A DNA stretch of 58,359 nt, the filler included, from Jimgerdemannia flammicorona (Eukaryota): assembly GCA_003990765.1 (NCBI GenBank). It is 3 parts of 3 records of this genome, joined end to end, with 100 filler letters (N's around TTAATTAATTAA, not from the genome) between each part and the next. Parts side by side here need not be neighbours in the genome. Positions count along the whole stretch, not along the records: positions 1 to 19,398 come from RBNJ01001951.1; 2 more parts are not named here. One strand, given 5' to 3'. Every line of letters begins with the position of its first letter. Position 1 is the stretch's first letter. This document shows positions 1 through 10,947 of this stretch, piece after piece. The notes beneath the pieces were generated by a model. That model was given only the letters and a program-made list of their open reading frames with translations, searched no databases and was not told where the DNA came from. Both the position numbers and the translations under genes were made by a program.

Positions 1-12
1 AAAAAAAAAAAA

Positions 13-700
13 TATAGAGATAGCCACCCCTCCCACCATCACTCTTTTCTCCAATACTCCTAACATCAACTCCTAATATCAACTCCTCCTCCTCAAACCC
101 CACCTCTCTTCTTCTAACCCCTTCAAGAACTTCACTAAGGTAGCTCCTTTCACCTTCTGGGCCAAAGGCCCCAGAACTATTATTGCCATAACTATTAAGC
201 CTTAGAAGTACAATGTGATAGTAAATTTGGATACTGATTTCTTGAGTAATAGTGCTGCCACCAGGTCCATTACACCATCAGTCAAGTCTCCAGGTCTTGT
301 GCCCTGCTCCTGTCTAGTTCCACCATCAGCCATCATATCTGGATTTTTTTCTAAATTAGCAGTCCTCTCATCATTAGTAGTCCTACTCCCCCCAGCCACT
401 ACTCTCCCAGCCCTGCCACTATTACTCTCTGGAGCTGCCCTATCAGTCTCTACAGCCCTTCCCTTCCCCTTATCTCCCTGCAGCCAGGTCTTTAAGCCTG
501 TTAATGAGTGTCCAGCATTGACCTTATCAGCAAAGCTCACTCTTCCAGTCCTCTATTTCTCTACACCACTTCCTCTCCTTCCATATCCACCAGCCAGCAA
601 GTCCAACAGACTTCCCCCCAAGCAATGACTCCTCTCTACATGCTGTCAGTCAAATGTATTAGAGCTGCTCTACCCAGTGTACTCCTCCAAATACTCATTA
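13..700 (-). mobile_element. Probable 5' part (ORF1/gag-like N-terminus) of a non-LTR retrotransposon
   Basis: CpG-free sequence that is purine-rich on the minus strand, like the LINE at 39.3-43.2 kb. ORF 202-540 is low-complexity and basic (SFADKV...GDKGKGRAVE). No diagnostic domain is visible. Confidence 0.4.
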
Positions 701-2086
701 GTTGCTATTTTATTATTATCTTTGTACCAAAATCTGTATCAAAAGTATTGCCTGAAGTTTGTATAATATGAATTATAGTAGAGAGAGGTGTGCTTAATAT
801 TTCTCCTCTTATATAATAATTAAGTATATTATAAGAATATCTTATAAATAGAATTTTTTTCTTTATATATCTACTAATAGTATTAATATTTGTATAATTA
901 ACTAGTCTTAATTCTACTGTATATATTAAATAAAATCTTATGGTCAAGGAGCTATCAAGATTACTTACAGAGTATAGCAAATAGTAAAGTAATATTGCTA
1001 TAGAGTCAAAATCACTAACAGTTTATAATAGTAGTTCTATTATAGATAACAATTGAATTTATATAGCAGTTAATTTTCACAGAACACTATACTTTTCTGA
1101 TATTATGATACTTGTCTCACCAACTGATCTAAATGCTGATTGTAAAGAAGGAGTAGTCTGTATATATAATTATATAAAAATTCTGATACTTTTAAATTTT
1201 TGCAATAATTCTTTTGCACTCATTCACTAGTATTAATTTGTTTATCACAAACTCATTCAATAACATCTTCTTAATTATCCTTATCTCAAGTTTCATAACT
1301 CTCATCATTTTGATTTAATTCCACTATAGTGTATAAAAAATATAGTCTATATTATTCTTGATTTTAAAGCAGAGAGAAAGAGTAATAATTATTTCTTTGT
1401 CAAAATACTGATTTGGTTATATAGTGTATATAGTTCTTCATATTTTTTATCTAATATATGTTCACTATATTGGCTAGCACTCTTAGTTATTTTTAAAATA
1501 TTTGTACAATATTCTCTCATTAGTAGGATAATTCTTATAAGGCATTTTAACAATCAGTTATTTCAGGAATAAATTAAATAATACCAGGTCTGTTCTGTGT
1601 AACTCAGTAATCATATGAATAATAGTCAGTCTTAAATTATCACTTTTGTATTACTTAGCAGCTATACAAATATCAGTCACTTGTTCTAAATTGAGTACTA
1701 TTCTAATGATAACTATGACTTACTGCAGCAGATTTCTTATTCAGTATACACATAGTCCCCAGAACTTTAAAATCTGTAGCTTTAATGTCTTTAGAAAATC
1801 TTCACTGAATCTAGATAAATTATATAGTAGAATACTATATATAGAATTTTCTACAATATTTAACATTATATTTAAATTCTTTATAAAACTTTATACTGAT
1901 TATGTGTAGCATTCTCTTATATATAATATGTATATATAATTATTTAGTACTAATTTAGTATAAAATAATTCTTTACTAAATCTATATTGAATTTTGTACT
2001 ATATTTAAGTCAGTACAGAATCTGATACTAGATCTTGTATCCAATATTTTCTGCACACATTTTCTATAAAGCTCTATACTGAGTAT
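701..2086. mobile_element. Highly degenerate AT-rich repeat remnant; host of the Ty3/gypsy insertion, apparently resuming at 10889-10947
   Basis: CpG-free and TpA-rich. The 4-bp TSD GTAT shows that 2086 and 10889 were once contiguous. The family is not identifiable. Confidence 0.35.
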
Positions 2087-3647
2087 TGTCACATAGTGGT
2101 TACTGAGTCCTTCAAATACATCAGATTCTCTTCAAGGTGTATCTCTTAGACTAACTTAAGTTTGTTATAAGCAAGTTCTTATTGGAGTACCTTCTTAAGG
2201 TCTTATAATCCTCAAACTTCTTATCTTTAAACTGTCTTGTTATCTCTTCAATTGCTTGCAAGAAATTGTGTATATTGCACTAAGTAGACTGACTTTATTT
2301 CAGAGGAAATAAGAGGGATAATTATACAAAATATAATTCAATGGTTGCAAAGATATAAAGCTAAATATAAATTCCAATAACTAAAATAAAATACCAGGAT
2401 ATAAAAAACTGATAAGTTCCAGTATCAGCACTGATGGTTGCACAGATTCAGAATGCTAGTATAATTTTGGTAATATAGAAAAATAGTGCTGGAATAATTC
2501 TGAGTCACATCAGAATACCAGTGGAGGAACAGCTATTATATGGGAAAAGAGTGCTGACATAATTCAGTATAACCAAGGGTCTTAGAGTAGAATGTTCAAG
2601 ACTATAGAGGCTTCATCCTCATCAGAGGTCAGGATGTCTTTGAAGGAGATGAGTCTGTAAAGGTTTTGTCCATCCTGTCATCATTGCATAGGTTGTGTAT
2701 TTCACATATATTGTATGGAATGATGTCATTGCTGATGACATCATCACATTTGGTGGGGAAATCAGAGGCTCTCCAATCTATGAGATTCTCTTCCATAAAA
2801 TAGGAGACAAATGTGCAGTCTTGGAGAGGTCTAACTTGGATACTTGGGCCTTGGAATACTGAGATCAATCCTTGCAGGAATTTGTCTGGGTTATTCTGGA
2901 GGATGGGATGCCAGTAGTCTTCTACTTCATTACTATTGAGGGTGATAGTGGACTGGGCTTCTGTAGCCACCCTGGCTTCTAGTGCATTGATACAGCAGGC
3001 AGACAGGTCTCTGAAGTCTGAGACTCTAACATACTCCAAGTTGGGAATCAACTATGGTACATGCCTGAAGATCTGATGGATCTTCTTAGCTATTCTTGTT
3101 TTGTATATATTCATGAGAGTAGTATCTTGTAACTGTTGAGGGCTGGCCTGTGGGAACTCCCAGCAGAGGAGGTTTCCTATTTTGTACTCCTGCCACATTT
3201 GGAGGTATTCAGTAGCAATGCTGATCCTTGTTTCCATTTCATAGCAGTAGAGGATATAGTGATAAGAGTCTGCAGTACTCAGGTTGACACTAGGAGTCCT
3301 TCTAGTGTGGGTCCTCATGGCTCTTCTGATGTCTTGGAACATCCTTTCCTTGACTGAGGTGTCTTGGTGGTTCCTTGACCTTGAGGTTTGGCAAGCAGCA
3401 GACATTTTATTTGTGGTAAGTCTTTGAGCTATTTTGGAATTAGTGAGTCTTGTTGGTTGCTACTACTACAGTTCCTTGATTCTTCTTTTATATTCCTCAA
3501 GATATCTGGACTGTGGTCACAATGACTCACAGTTGGTCATCATTACTCATCTTGTATACCATATAATCTTCTTATACTCCAATCTGGTGGCTTGTAAGAA
3601 AATGCTGTCTCCTGTGCTAATGTTATCATTCTGGGGTCACCATTACA
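2087..3647 (-). repeat. 3' LTR of gypsy copy 1 (1561 bp)
   Basis: tgtcacatag...caccattaca; aligns end to end with 9343-10888 and 47572-49114. Confidence 0.95.
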
Positions 3648-3715
3648 TCTTCCTCCTGAATAAGGATCTTCTTGAATATCCTTATTCATTGGTCTAGTCA
3701 TGAAAAATTTGCTAA
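2629..3715 (-). pseudogene. Accessory ORF crossing the PPT into U3 of the 3' LTR (about 350 aa when reconstructed; function unknown)
   Basis: One frame reads ...MTRPMNKDIQEDPYSGGR|CNGDPQ...RYLEEYKRRIKEL...MSAACQTSR...YKIGNLL...IAKKIHQIFRH...TS. The stops are TGA/TAG, explicable as single C>T or G>A changes; TAG at 3052 is TGG (W) in the other LTR. Confidence 0.75.
3648..3657 (-). promoter_or_regulatory. Polypurine tract
   Basis: AGGAGGAAGA on the minus strand immediately before the TG of the 3' LTR. Confidence 0.85.
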
Positions 3716-4009
3716 TCCCATAACCTCTGGCAAGGGGTCAAAAAGTGGTATTTTTGGGCTGGCATCTTCTCTATATATTTTGGCATGATGGTGAAGGGTC
3801 GCTCTCTTTATATAGAGCAAGGGCCTGATTCGGATCTTGACCAATCAGTTGACAGTTCAAACTCCTCTGACTTTGAAAGTCTTATTAATGAGTAGTTGCT
3901 GGTACCATATTCCTTAGAGAATGGTTCAGATAGATAGTCTGCTGGTCATGGGACATGCTGTTATGATTTGCAGACTAGAATCTCATGGACAGTCATCATG
4001 TTTTGCTTC

Positions 4010-7000
4010 TCTTATATAGGTTCATAGTATTTCTTGAGTCTGTTTCTGTGTACCATAGTAGGCAGTATGGTCCCTGCGATTTTTCTAAGCCAGTAGGTAG
4101 TTCCCTTGATATCTTGCATATAGAAGGGTCCTTCCCATTTGGGCTCCAGTTTTCACAACCATGAGGCTTCTACCATATTTCAATATAGTAGGACCTTTTC
4201 TCCAATTTGGATGGGTTCTAGGGTCTTGTGATTCTTTTCTACATTCTTTCTTGTCAGTACTTGTGACTTGATGATGTAATATTCAGCCTTCTCTCTGATT
4301 TAATATAGTCTCTGGATTTCTGCATTGACCTATCTCCAAGTTAGGTCTAGATTTGTAGCTGAGGTTCCATCAGAATCTTCTTCTCCGAAGAGCAGTTCTC
4401 TTGGGGTAAAGTGTGTGCTCTGTGATCATATGTCTCATAGAACTGAGAGGGCAGTTGGGAGGTAGTTATCCCAATTCTCATATGTCTCTGAGATTTTCAC
4501 CTGGATGTTCTTAAGAGTCTTGTTGGTTCTTTCTGTCTGTATTTTCTTGAGGGTGGTATGCCATGGTCTTGATGTGTAGGATCTTATATTTCTGATATAT
4601 TATCTTGTGGAATCTATTGACAAATTCTGTGCCATAGTCTGTTGTGATTTGCTTCAGTATCTTGTAGTGGCAGATGATTTCTCAGTACAGGAAGTCAGCT
4701 ATAGAGAGAGCATTGGTTTCTTGTAATGCTCCTGCATCTATCCATTTGGTAAAGAGGTCTACAATAACTATAATATAGTGGTTTCCTGATATTGTTACTG
4801 GTAGTGGCCCAATGATATCAATTGCAATGTGATGGAAGGAGATAGGCTCAATTCTTGATGACCCAGATATCTGGTCTTGCTGATCTTGTTTCTGTTTTTG
4901 GTACTTATCACACCCTTTGACAAATTGGTGCAGGTCTTCTTCTATCTTGGGCCACTACATGGTTCTTCTTGCCTTGTCATATGTGTTGGTTCTTCCTAGG
5001 TATCCTTGCTCATGTACTTCCTTCATTACTTGATACTTCTTGTATTCAGATATTACTAGCTTTCCTCTTTTTCTGAGTATAGTGTTGTCTAGTTCAAACT
5101 GTTTCCTAGTCAGGTTGATAATGGTGATTGTCCAGGATTCAAGATAGTTGGATATCTTCCACTGCTCAAGATAGCTGATTAATTCATAGTATAACTCCTT
5201 ATTCATATTGAATAGTCTTGATGGGGGTGTTTTGAAGTGTCCTTGAGAGTGCATCAGCATTTGTGTTAGTTCTTTCTGAGCAGTGCTTGACAGTATAGTC
5301 ATACTCTTACAGTCTGTAGATTCATCTGGCATATATTCCTTTGGAGTTCAGAGTGTGGAATAGCCAGGCAAGAGCAGAATGATCTGTTTGAATGGTGAAG
5401 TGTTTCTCAGCTAGGTAGTAGTGGAACTTGTCTACTGTCCAAACTACTGCTAAGCATTCAAGCTTGCATGACTTGTAGTTTTGTTCTGCCCCATGGGTAC
5501 CTCAGCTTGCATAGGAGATGACATATTCATATCCATCTTTCTTCTGAGCTAGGACTGTTCCAAGTTCAATAGCATATGCATCTGTCTGCAGGATGAATTC
5601 TAGGTTCCAATTTGGTCTTCTGAGGCTGAGTGCTTGGGTCAATCTGGTCTTGAGTTTATTGAAGGTTTCTTGGTGTTCCTTGGTCCATTCGAATTTGGTC
5701 TCCTTCTTCAGTAGCTCATAAATAAGTGTTGCAATATTGGAGTATCCTTTAATAAATCTTCTATAGTAGAGGCCAGTCTAAGGAAGGCATGGACTTCTGT
5801 AGTTGTTCTGGGTCTCAGATAGGCTACAACAGCCTTGATCTTCATAAGGTCTGTGTAGATTTCAGTCTGGTTGATGAGGTGTCCTAGGTAGGCAATTTCC
5901 TGAGCTGCAAACTTGTATTTCTTGGGCTTAATTTAGAGGCCATGCTCCTTGAGCTTCTTGAGGGCTAGCTGTATGTGATTGATATGTTCTCATGCAGTGT
6001 TACTGAAGATGATCATATCATCAATATAGACAAAGAGCCATTTTCCAATCTCATTACCGAAAACTCTGTTCATTATTTGCTGAAAACTTACTGGGGTATT
6101 GCACATTCCAAATAGTATTTGTAGGTAGATTTAGGTAGCATCAGGTGTGATGAAGGCTGATTTCTCACTGACATCTTGAGTGAGACAAATCTGATGGAGG
6201 TCTGAGAACAGATTCAAGGTGGTGTAGTATTTGGCTTTACTTCTAAGAGTGGTAAGGATTTTTTGAATATTTGGCAAGGGCTGCCTATCCTTCTTAGTGA
6301 TTGCATTGAGCTTCCTGTAGTCAATGCAGAGTCTTGACACAAACTCTCCAGGCTTGCTTTCTTTCTTCAGAGGAAGAACAATGGGTGAAGCCCAGGGACT
6401 GATAGCTTGCTTGATGATTCTAGCTTCTTCCATTTCCTTGAGTTCTGCTTGCAGCCATTCTCTGTAGGCAGGTGGTATAGGTCTGGCTTTCTGGTAGATG
6501 GGTTTGGTATCAATAGTGTCAACTTCATGGTAGTACTTGAGTTCTTGATTATGGATATCTCTAAAGTCTGTAGCCAGTACTCCTTTGTTCTGATACAGGA
6601 TCTTGAGAAGTTGTTCTTCCAGAGGAAAGTTTTCTCCAATAGTATATGTGTGCTTGTTCTGGTCCCTGCCTTTCTTGTGCTCAAGTTTGGTGATCTTGGT
6701 GGTAGCATAGACTCCTCTTCCAGTAGATCCAAAGCCTTTTTCTCCTCTCTTGGTCTTGATGAGTTCAATGGCTTCAGTGATCTTGGACTTCTTGATTTTG
6801 TAGATCAGCATCTGGCCAATCCTGTCATGCTTCTTGACTTCAAATGGGGTAGTGGGGTTGTGATTCCTGAATATGAGGAAGATCTCACCAGTATAATCAG
6901 AGTCAATTCTCCTTCAACTGAGATTTCACTTTTGGCCAGACTGCTCCTGGTCTTGATAATTCTGGCATGGTTCTCTGGCAACTTGACTCCAATTCTAGTG

Positions 7001-9221
7001 CCAAGTAGGGTGGTGGTCTGTGGTTCAAGGGTAGTATCTGAATACTGGCAAGGTCCATTCCTATGGCTCCTTCAGTCTTGTATTCTGGGATTTAGGCTTC
7101 AGGGTGGAATTTCTTGATCTTGAGAGTGATATCTGGTTCTTGTTCCTCCTCATCATCACTGTCAGCTTGAAGCTCTGGGGGCTGGTCATCTTCTTCAGCT
7201 TTCCTTTTTGCTTAAGCAGCTTCTTACTCATGCTTCTGTTGGCAGATTTTCCTGACTTCACTGATATAGAACCAGCAGTCATTCAGGTGTTCAGAGCAGT
7301 ATATCCTAGTACCATGGGGGCATCTTCCTTGAGGGGCATAGCCATTGATGATCTTGTTGTACCACTGCTCATCTGTGAGCTTGGGTGTCTTGTTCTTATT
7401 CTTGTTCACTGAGTACATGAAGACTTCTGTGTCCTCCTCATCTCCTTCCTCAATGTCTGGTAGAACTCCTTTGTAGACATTGATAGAGACTTGTACCTTT
7501 CTTCCTCTATAGTTGATCTGTATCTTCTAGGAATTGAGGTCAATGATGGCCTTGGCCTTGTGACACCATTGGTTGCCAATAAGGATGTCATAGTTGGTGG
7601 CACTTGTAACAATTATATCTACTGGGATAGTAGCTCCTCTTATCTTGATGGGGACTTCTCAGATCTTATCAAGTGGGGTAGCTCATATACCATCTGCTGT
7701 GACATAGACCATCTTGGTAGACTCTTCAATGTCCCAACCTAGGCAGTCAATTGTCATCTTGCTCATGAGGCATCCTCCAGCACTAGTATCAATGATGGCA
7801 TTAAAGATACAATCTTCAATCTAACATTGAGTATAGGCTGATGTCTTGCACTGATCTTTAGATTCTTCACCTGAGTCTTCTTGATCATCTTCTTATGTAT
7901 TGTGAGCTTCTACAATCTTGTACTCTTGATTCTTAGCAGTAGTTACAAGTTCTACTCTCAACTACTATCTGAAGGCAGAGACTTCAGCTAGCTATCCAAA
8001 AGTAGCATTGACCTTCTGTTCTTTGAGATTCTTGTAGATATCATACTGGTGGATCTTGGTCTTGTACAGCTTCTGTTCCTTCTTGCTTTTGCTTTCTCCT
8101 GTGACTAGAGTAGTGCCTTCAATGATTTGGCAGACAGCTTCATCTAACTTCATGTCTTGATCAATCTCCTTGGGTTGGGTCTTGCTTTGGATAGTAACAG
8201 CTGGAGTCTTCTTTGGTCTTCCAACTGACTTGCTGTTGCTCTTCTTGTTATAGAGCTTGGACCAGGTTCTGGTATCTTCAGTAGCAGGGTAGAATTCGAG
8301 CTCCTCATAGTATTCTTCATTATCAGTATCACCAATCTCCTCAATGACTACTGCATTGGTTTGTTCTCTGGTTCTGCTAGCATTGCTTGGTTGGGCTTTA
8401 TGTCTTGTTTCAGTCATGCAGCTCTTTGCATAGTGGTCTTCTTCTCTACATCTGAAGTATGTGATATTGTATTCTTCTGTAGCAGCTGCAAATCTCTGTA
8501 CTGGTCTCCTGTTGGCACTTCAGACTTCTCTAACAACATCACCAAGGTGTGCAGTCATCTCAGTGAATTGCTTTGTGAGTTCCTCCACTGGGTCAGCTTT
8601 GGCTGTCTTGGGGATAGGTGGAGATGGTTGTCTGTTTATAACTGTGGTGGGTATGATTCTAGTTGGCTTTGATGGCTCTATCTTGATGTCAGTTATTTTC
8701 TCCATTGAGTGTTCAGCAGGGTGTCTGGCAGTCCAATATCTTTGTGCAAAGATCACTTTCTGATCAAGGGTCAGTGTAGCTGGAGTAGACTGGATTGCTA
8801 GGGCAATTTCAGGATGAACTCCTTTGAGAAAGGTTGAATCTGCTATTTGTTCCTTAAGGTGGTCATCATAGCTAGCCAAGACAATCTGGTAGTAGATTTG
8901 GGTATAGAATGAGTTGGGATATTCACTGAGTCTCTGGTATATAGTATTGAGTTGATCTTTGAGAGCTTGCTTGATCTTTTTAGTATAGTATATTGTTCTG
9001 AGGAAGGCCTTTATGTTGGCAAGTTTGGCTGCACCATTATCAGCAATAGTGACTACTTTGAACTTATCTCTGGCAGGTCCTCTGAGGCTGATAGATAGAA
9101 GAGCCAATTGTGCATCCACATTAAGGGCTTGTACAGTGATGAATTGTTCAAAGTCTTCAATGAAGGTCAGGATTGACTCTTCAGTAGTATATTTATAGAA
9201 TATGGGGAGATGTATTTCCAT
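4010..9221 (-). pseudogene. gag-pol of gypsy copy 1 (capsid, Zn knuckle, protease, dUTPase, RT, RNase H, integrase), disrupted
   Basis: Gag ORF 8520-9221. Decayed knuckle YFRCREEDHYAKSC. Protease AIIDTSAG near 7790. dUTPase RGEKGFGSTG near 6740. RT motifs SPWASPIV, RLCIDYRKLN and YIDD near 6020. RNase H ILQTDA. Integrase with WEGPF motif near 4135. Confidence 0.93.
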
Positions 9222-9322
9222 CTTATACTTGAATTCTTGCAGGGGTGACTCTTGTAGTCGGGGTAGTTATTGTGGTGGTTGTTTATTTTTCAGCTTGAAA
9301 GTGAGGGATTCATCTTGAATCA

Positions 9323-9339
9323 CCAGTCAATGGGCACCA
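9323..9339 (-). promoter_or_regulatory. Primer-binding site
   Basis: TGGTGCCCATTGACTGG begins 3 nt after the 5' LTR end. The priming tRNA cannot be assigned because of mutation. Confidence 0.7.
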
Positions 9340-9342
9340 AGT

Positions 9343-10888
9343 TGTCACATAGTGGTCGCTGAGTCCTTCAAATACATCAAATTCTCTTTAAGGTATATCT
9401 CTTAGACTAACTCAAGTTTGTTATAAGCAAGTTCTTATTGGAGTGTCTTCCTAAGATCTTATAATCCTCAAACTTCTTATCTTTAAACTGTCTTGTTATC
9501 TCTTAGATTGCTTGTAAGGAATTGTGTATATTACACTAAGTAGACTGACTTTATTTCAGAGGAAATAAGAGGGGTATTTATACAAAATATAATTCAATGG
9601 TTGCTAAGATATAAAGCTAAATATAAATTTCAATAACTAAAATAAAATGCCAGGATATGGAAAACTGCTAAGTTTCAGTGTTGACACTAGATTCAGAATA
9701 CTGGTATAATTTCAGTGATACAGGAAAATGGTGCTGGAATAATTCTGAGTTACATCAGAATGCTGGTGGAGGAACAGCTGTTATATGGAAAAAGAGTGCT
9801 GGCATAATTCAGTATAACCAAGGGACTTATAGTAGAATGTTCACGACTATAGGGGCTTCATCCTCATCAGAGGTCAGGATGGCTACAAAGGAGATAAGGT
9901 CTGTGAATGTTTTGTCTGTTCTGTCATCATCATGTAGATCATGCATTTTACATATGTCATGTGGGATGATAATCACCAATGACATCATCACATTCAGTAG
10001 GGAAATTGGGGACTCTCCAATCTATGAGGTTCTCTTTCATGAAATAGGGGACAAATGTGGGGTCTTGGGAAAGTCTAACCTAGATGCTTGGGTCTTAGAA
10101 TACTGAGATCAATCCTTGCAGAAATTGGTCTGGGTTGTCCTGGAGGATGGGATGCCAGTAGTCTTCTACTTCATTACTATTGAGAGTGATAGTGGACTGG
10201 GCTTCTGTAGCCACCCTGGCTTCTAGTACATTGATATGGCAGGCTGACAGGTCTCTGAAGTCTGAGACTTTAATATACTCCAAGTTGGAGATAGACCATG
10301 GTGTATGTCTGAAGATCTGATAGATCTTCTTAACTGTTCTTATTTCACATATATCCATAGAAGTGGCATCTTGTAACTCTTGAGGGCTGGCCAGTGAAAA
10401 CTCCCAGCAGAGGAGGTTTCCTATTTTGTACTCCTGCCACATTTGGAGGTATTTGGTAGCAATGGTGATCCTTGTTTCCATTTCACAGCAGTAGAGAATA
10501 TAGTGATAAGGGTCCAGAGTACTCAGGTTGACACTAGGAGTCCTTCTTGTATGGATCCTCATAGCTCTTCTGATGTCTTAGAACATCCTTTTCTCAACTG
10601 AGGTGCCTTGGTGGTTCCTTGACCTTGAGGTTTGATGAGCAGCAGGCATTTCATTTGTGGTAAGTCTTTGAGCAATTTTGGGATTGGTGAGTCTTATTGG
10701 TTACTGCTACTGCAGTTCTTGATTCTTCTTTTAAATTTCTCAAGATATCTGAACTGCGGTCACAATAACTCACAGTTGGTCATCATTACTCATCTTGTAT
10801 GCCATATGATCTTCTTGTGCTCCGATCTGGTGGCTTGCAAGGAAAGACTGTCTTCTGTACTGATGTTATCATTGGAGTCACCATTACA
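9343..10888 (-). repeat. 5' LTR of gypsy copy 1 (1546 bp)
   Basis: Direct repeat of 2087-3647; contains the same ORF (10095-10562). Confidence 0.95.
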
Positions 10889-10947
10889 GTATATACTGAA
10901 TACAGATTCCATACATACTATATATAAGAATATTTTTCAGATGATGT

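Larger units (their letters stand above)
2087..10888 (-). mobile_element. Full-length Ty3/gypsy LTR retrotransposon with dUTPase (copy 1), inactivated
   Basis: Two LTRs of about 1.55 kb with TG...CA ends (2087-3647, 9343-10888). TSD GTAT at 2083-2086 and 10889-10892. PBS and PPT present. Domain order gag-PR-dUTPase-RT-RNaseH-IN. Confidence 0.97.

Noticed and set aside
2629..3405. U3 ORF as an env gene
   Set aside because: No signal peptide, transmembrane segment or fusion-protein pattern is visible, and it lies inside the LTR.
6407..7117. 236-aa plus-strand ORF and other antisense ORFs over gypsy, LINE and DIRS regions (for example 14957-15334 and 41736-42179)
   Set aside because: They are shadows of the opposite-strand coding frame and contain no motifs.
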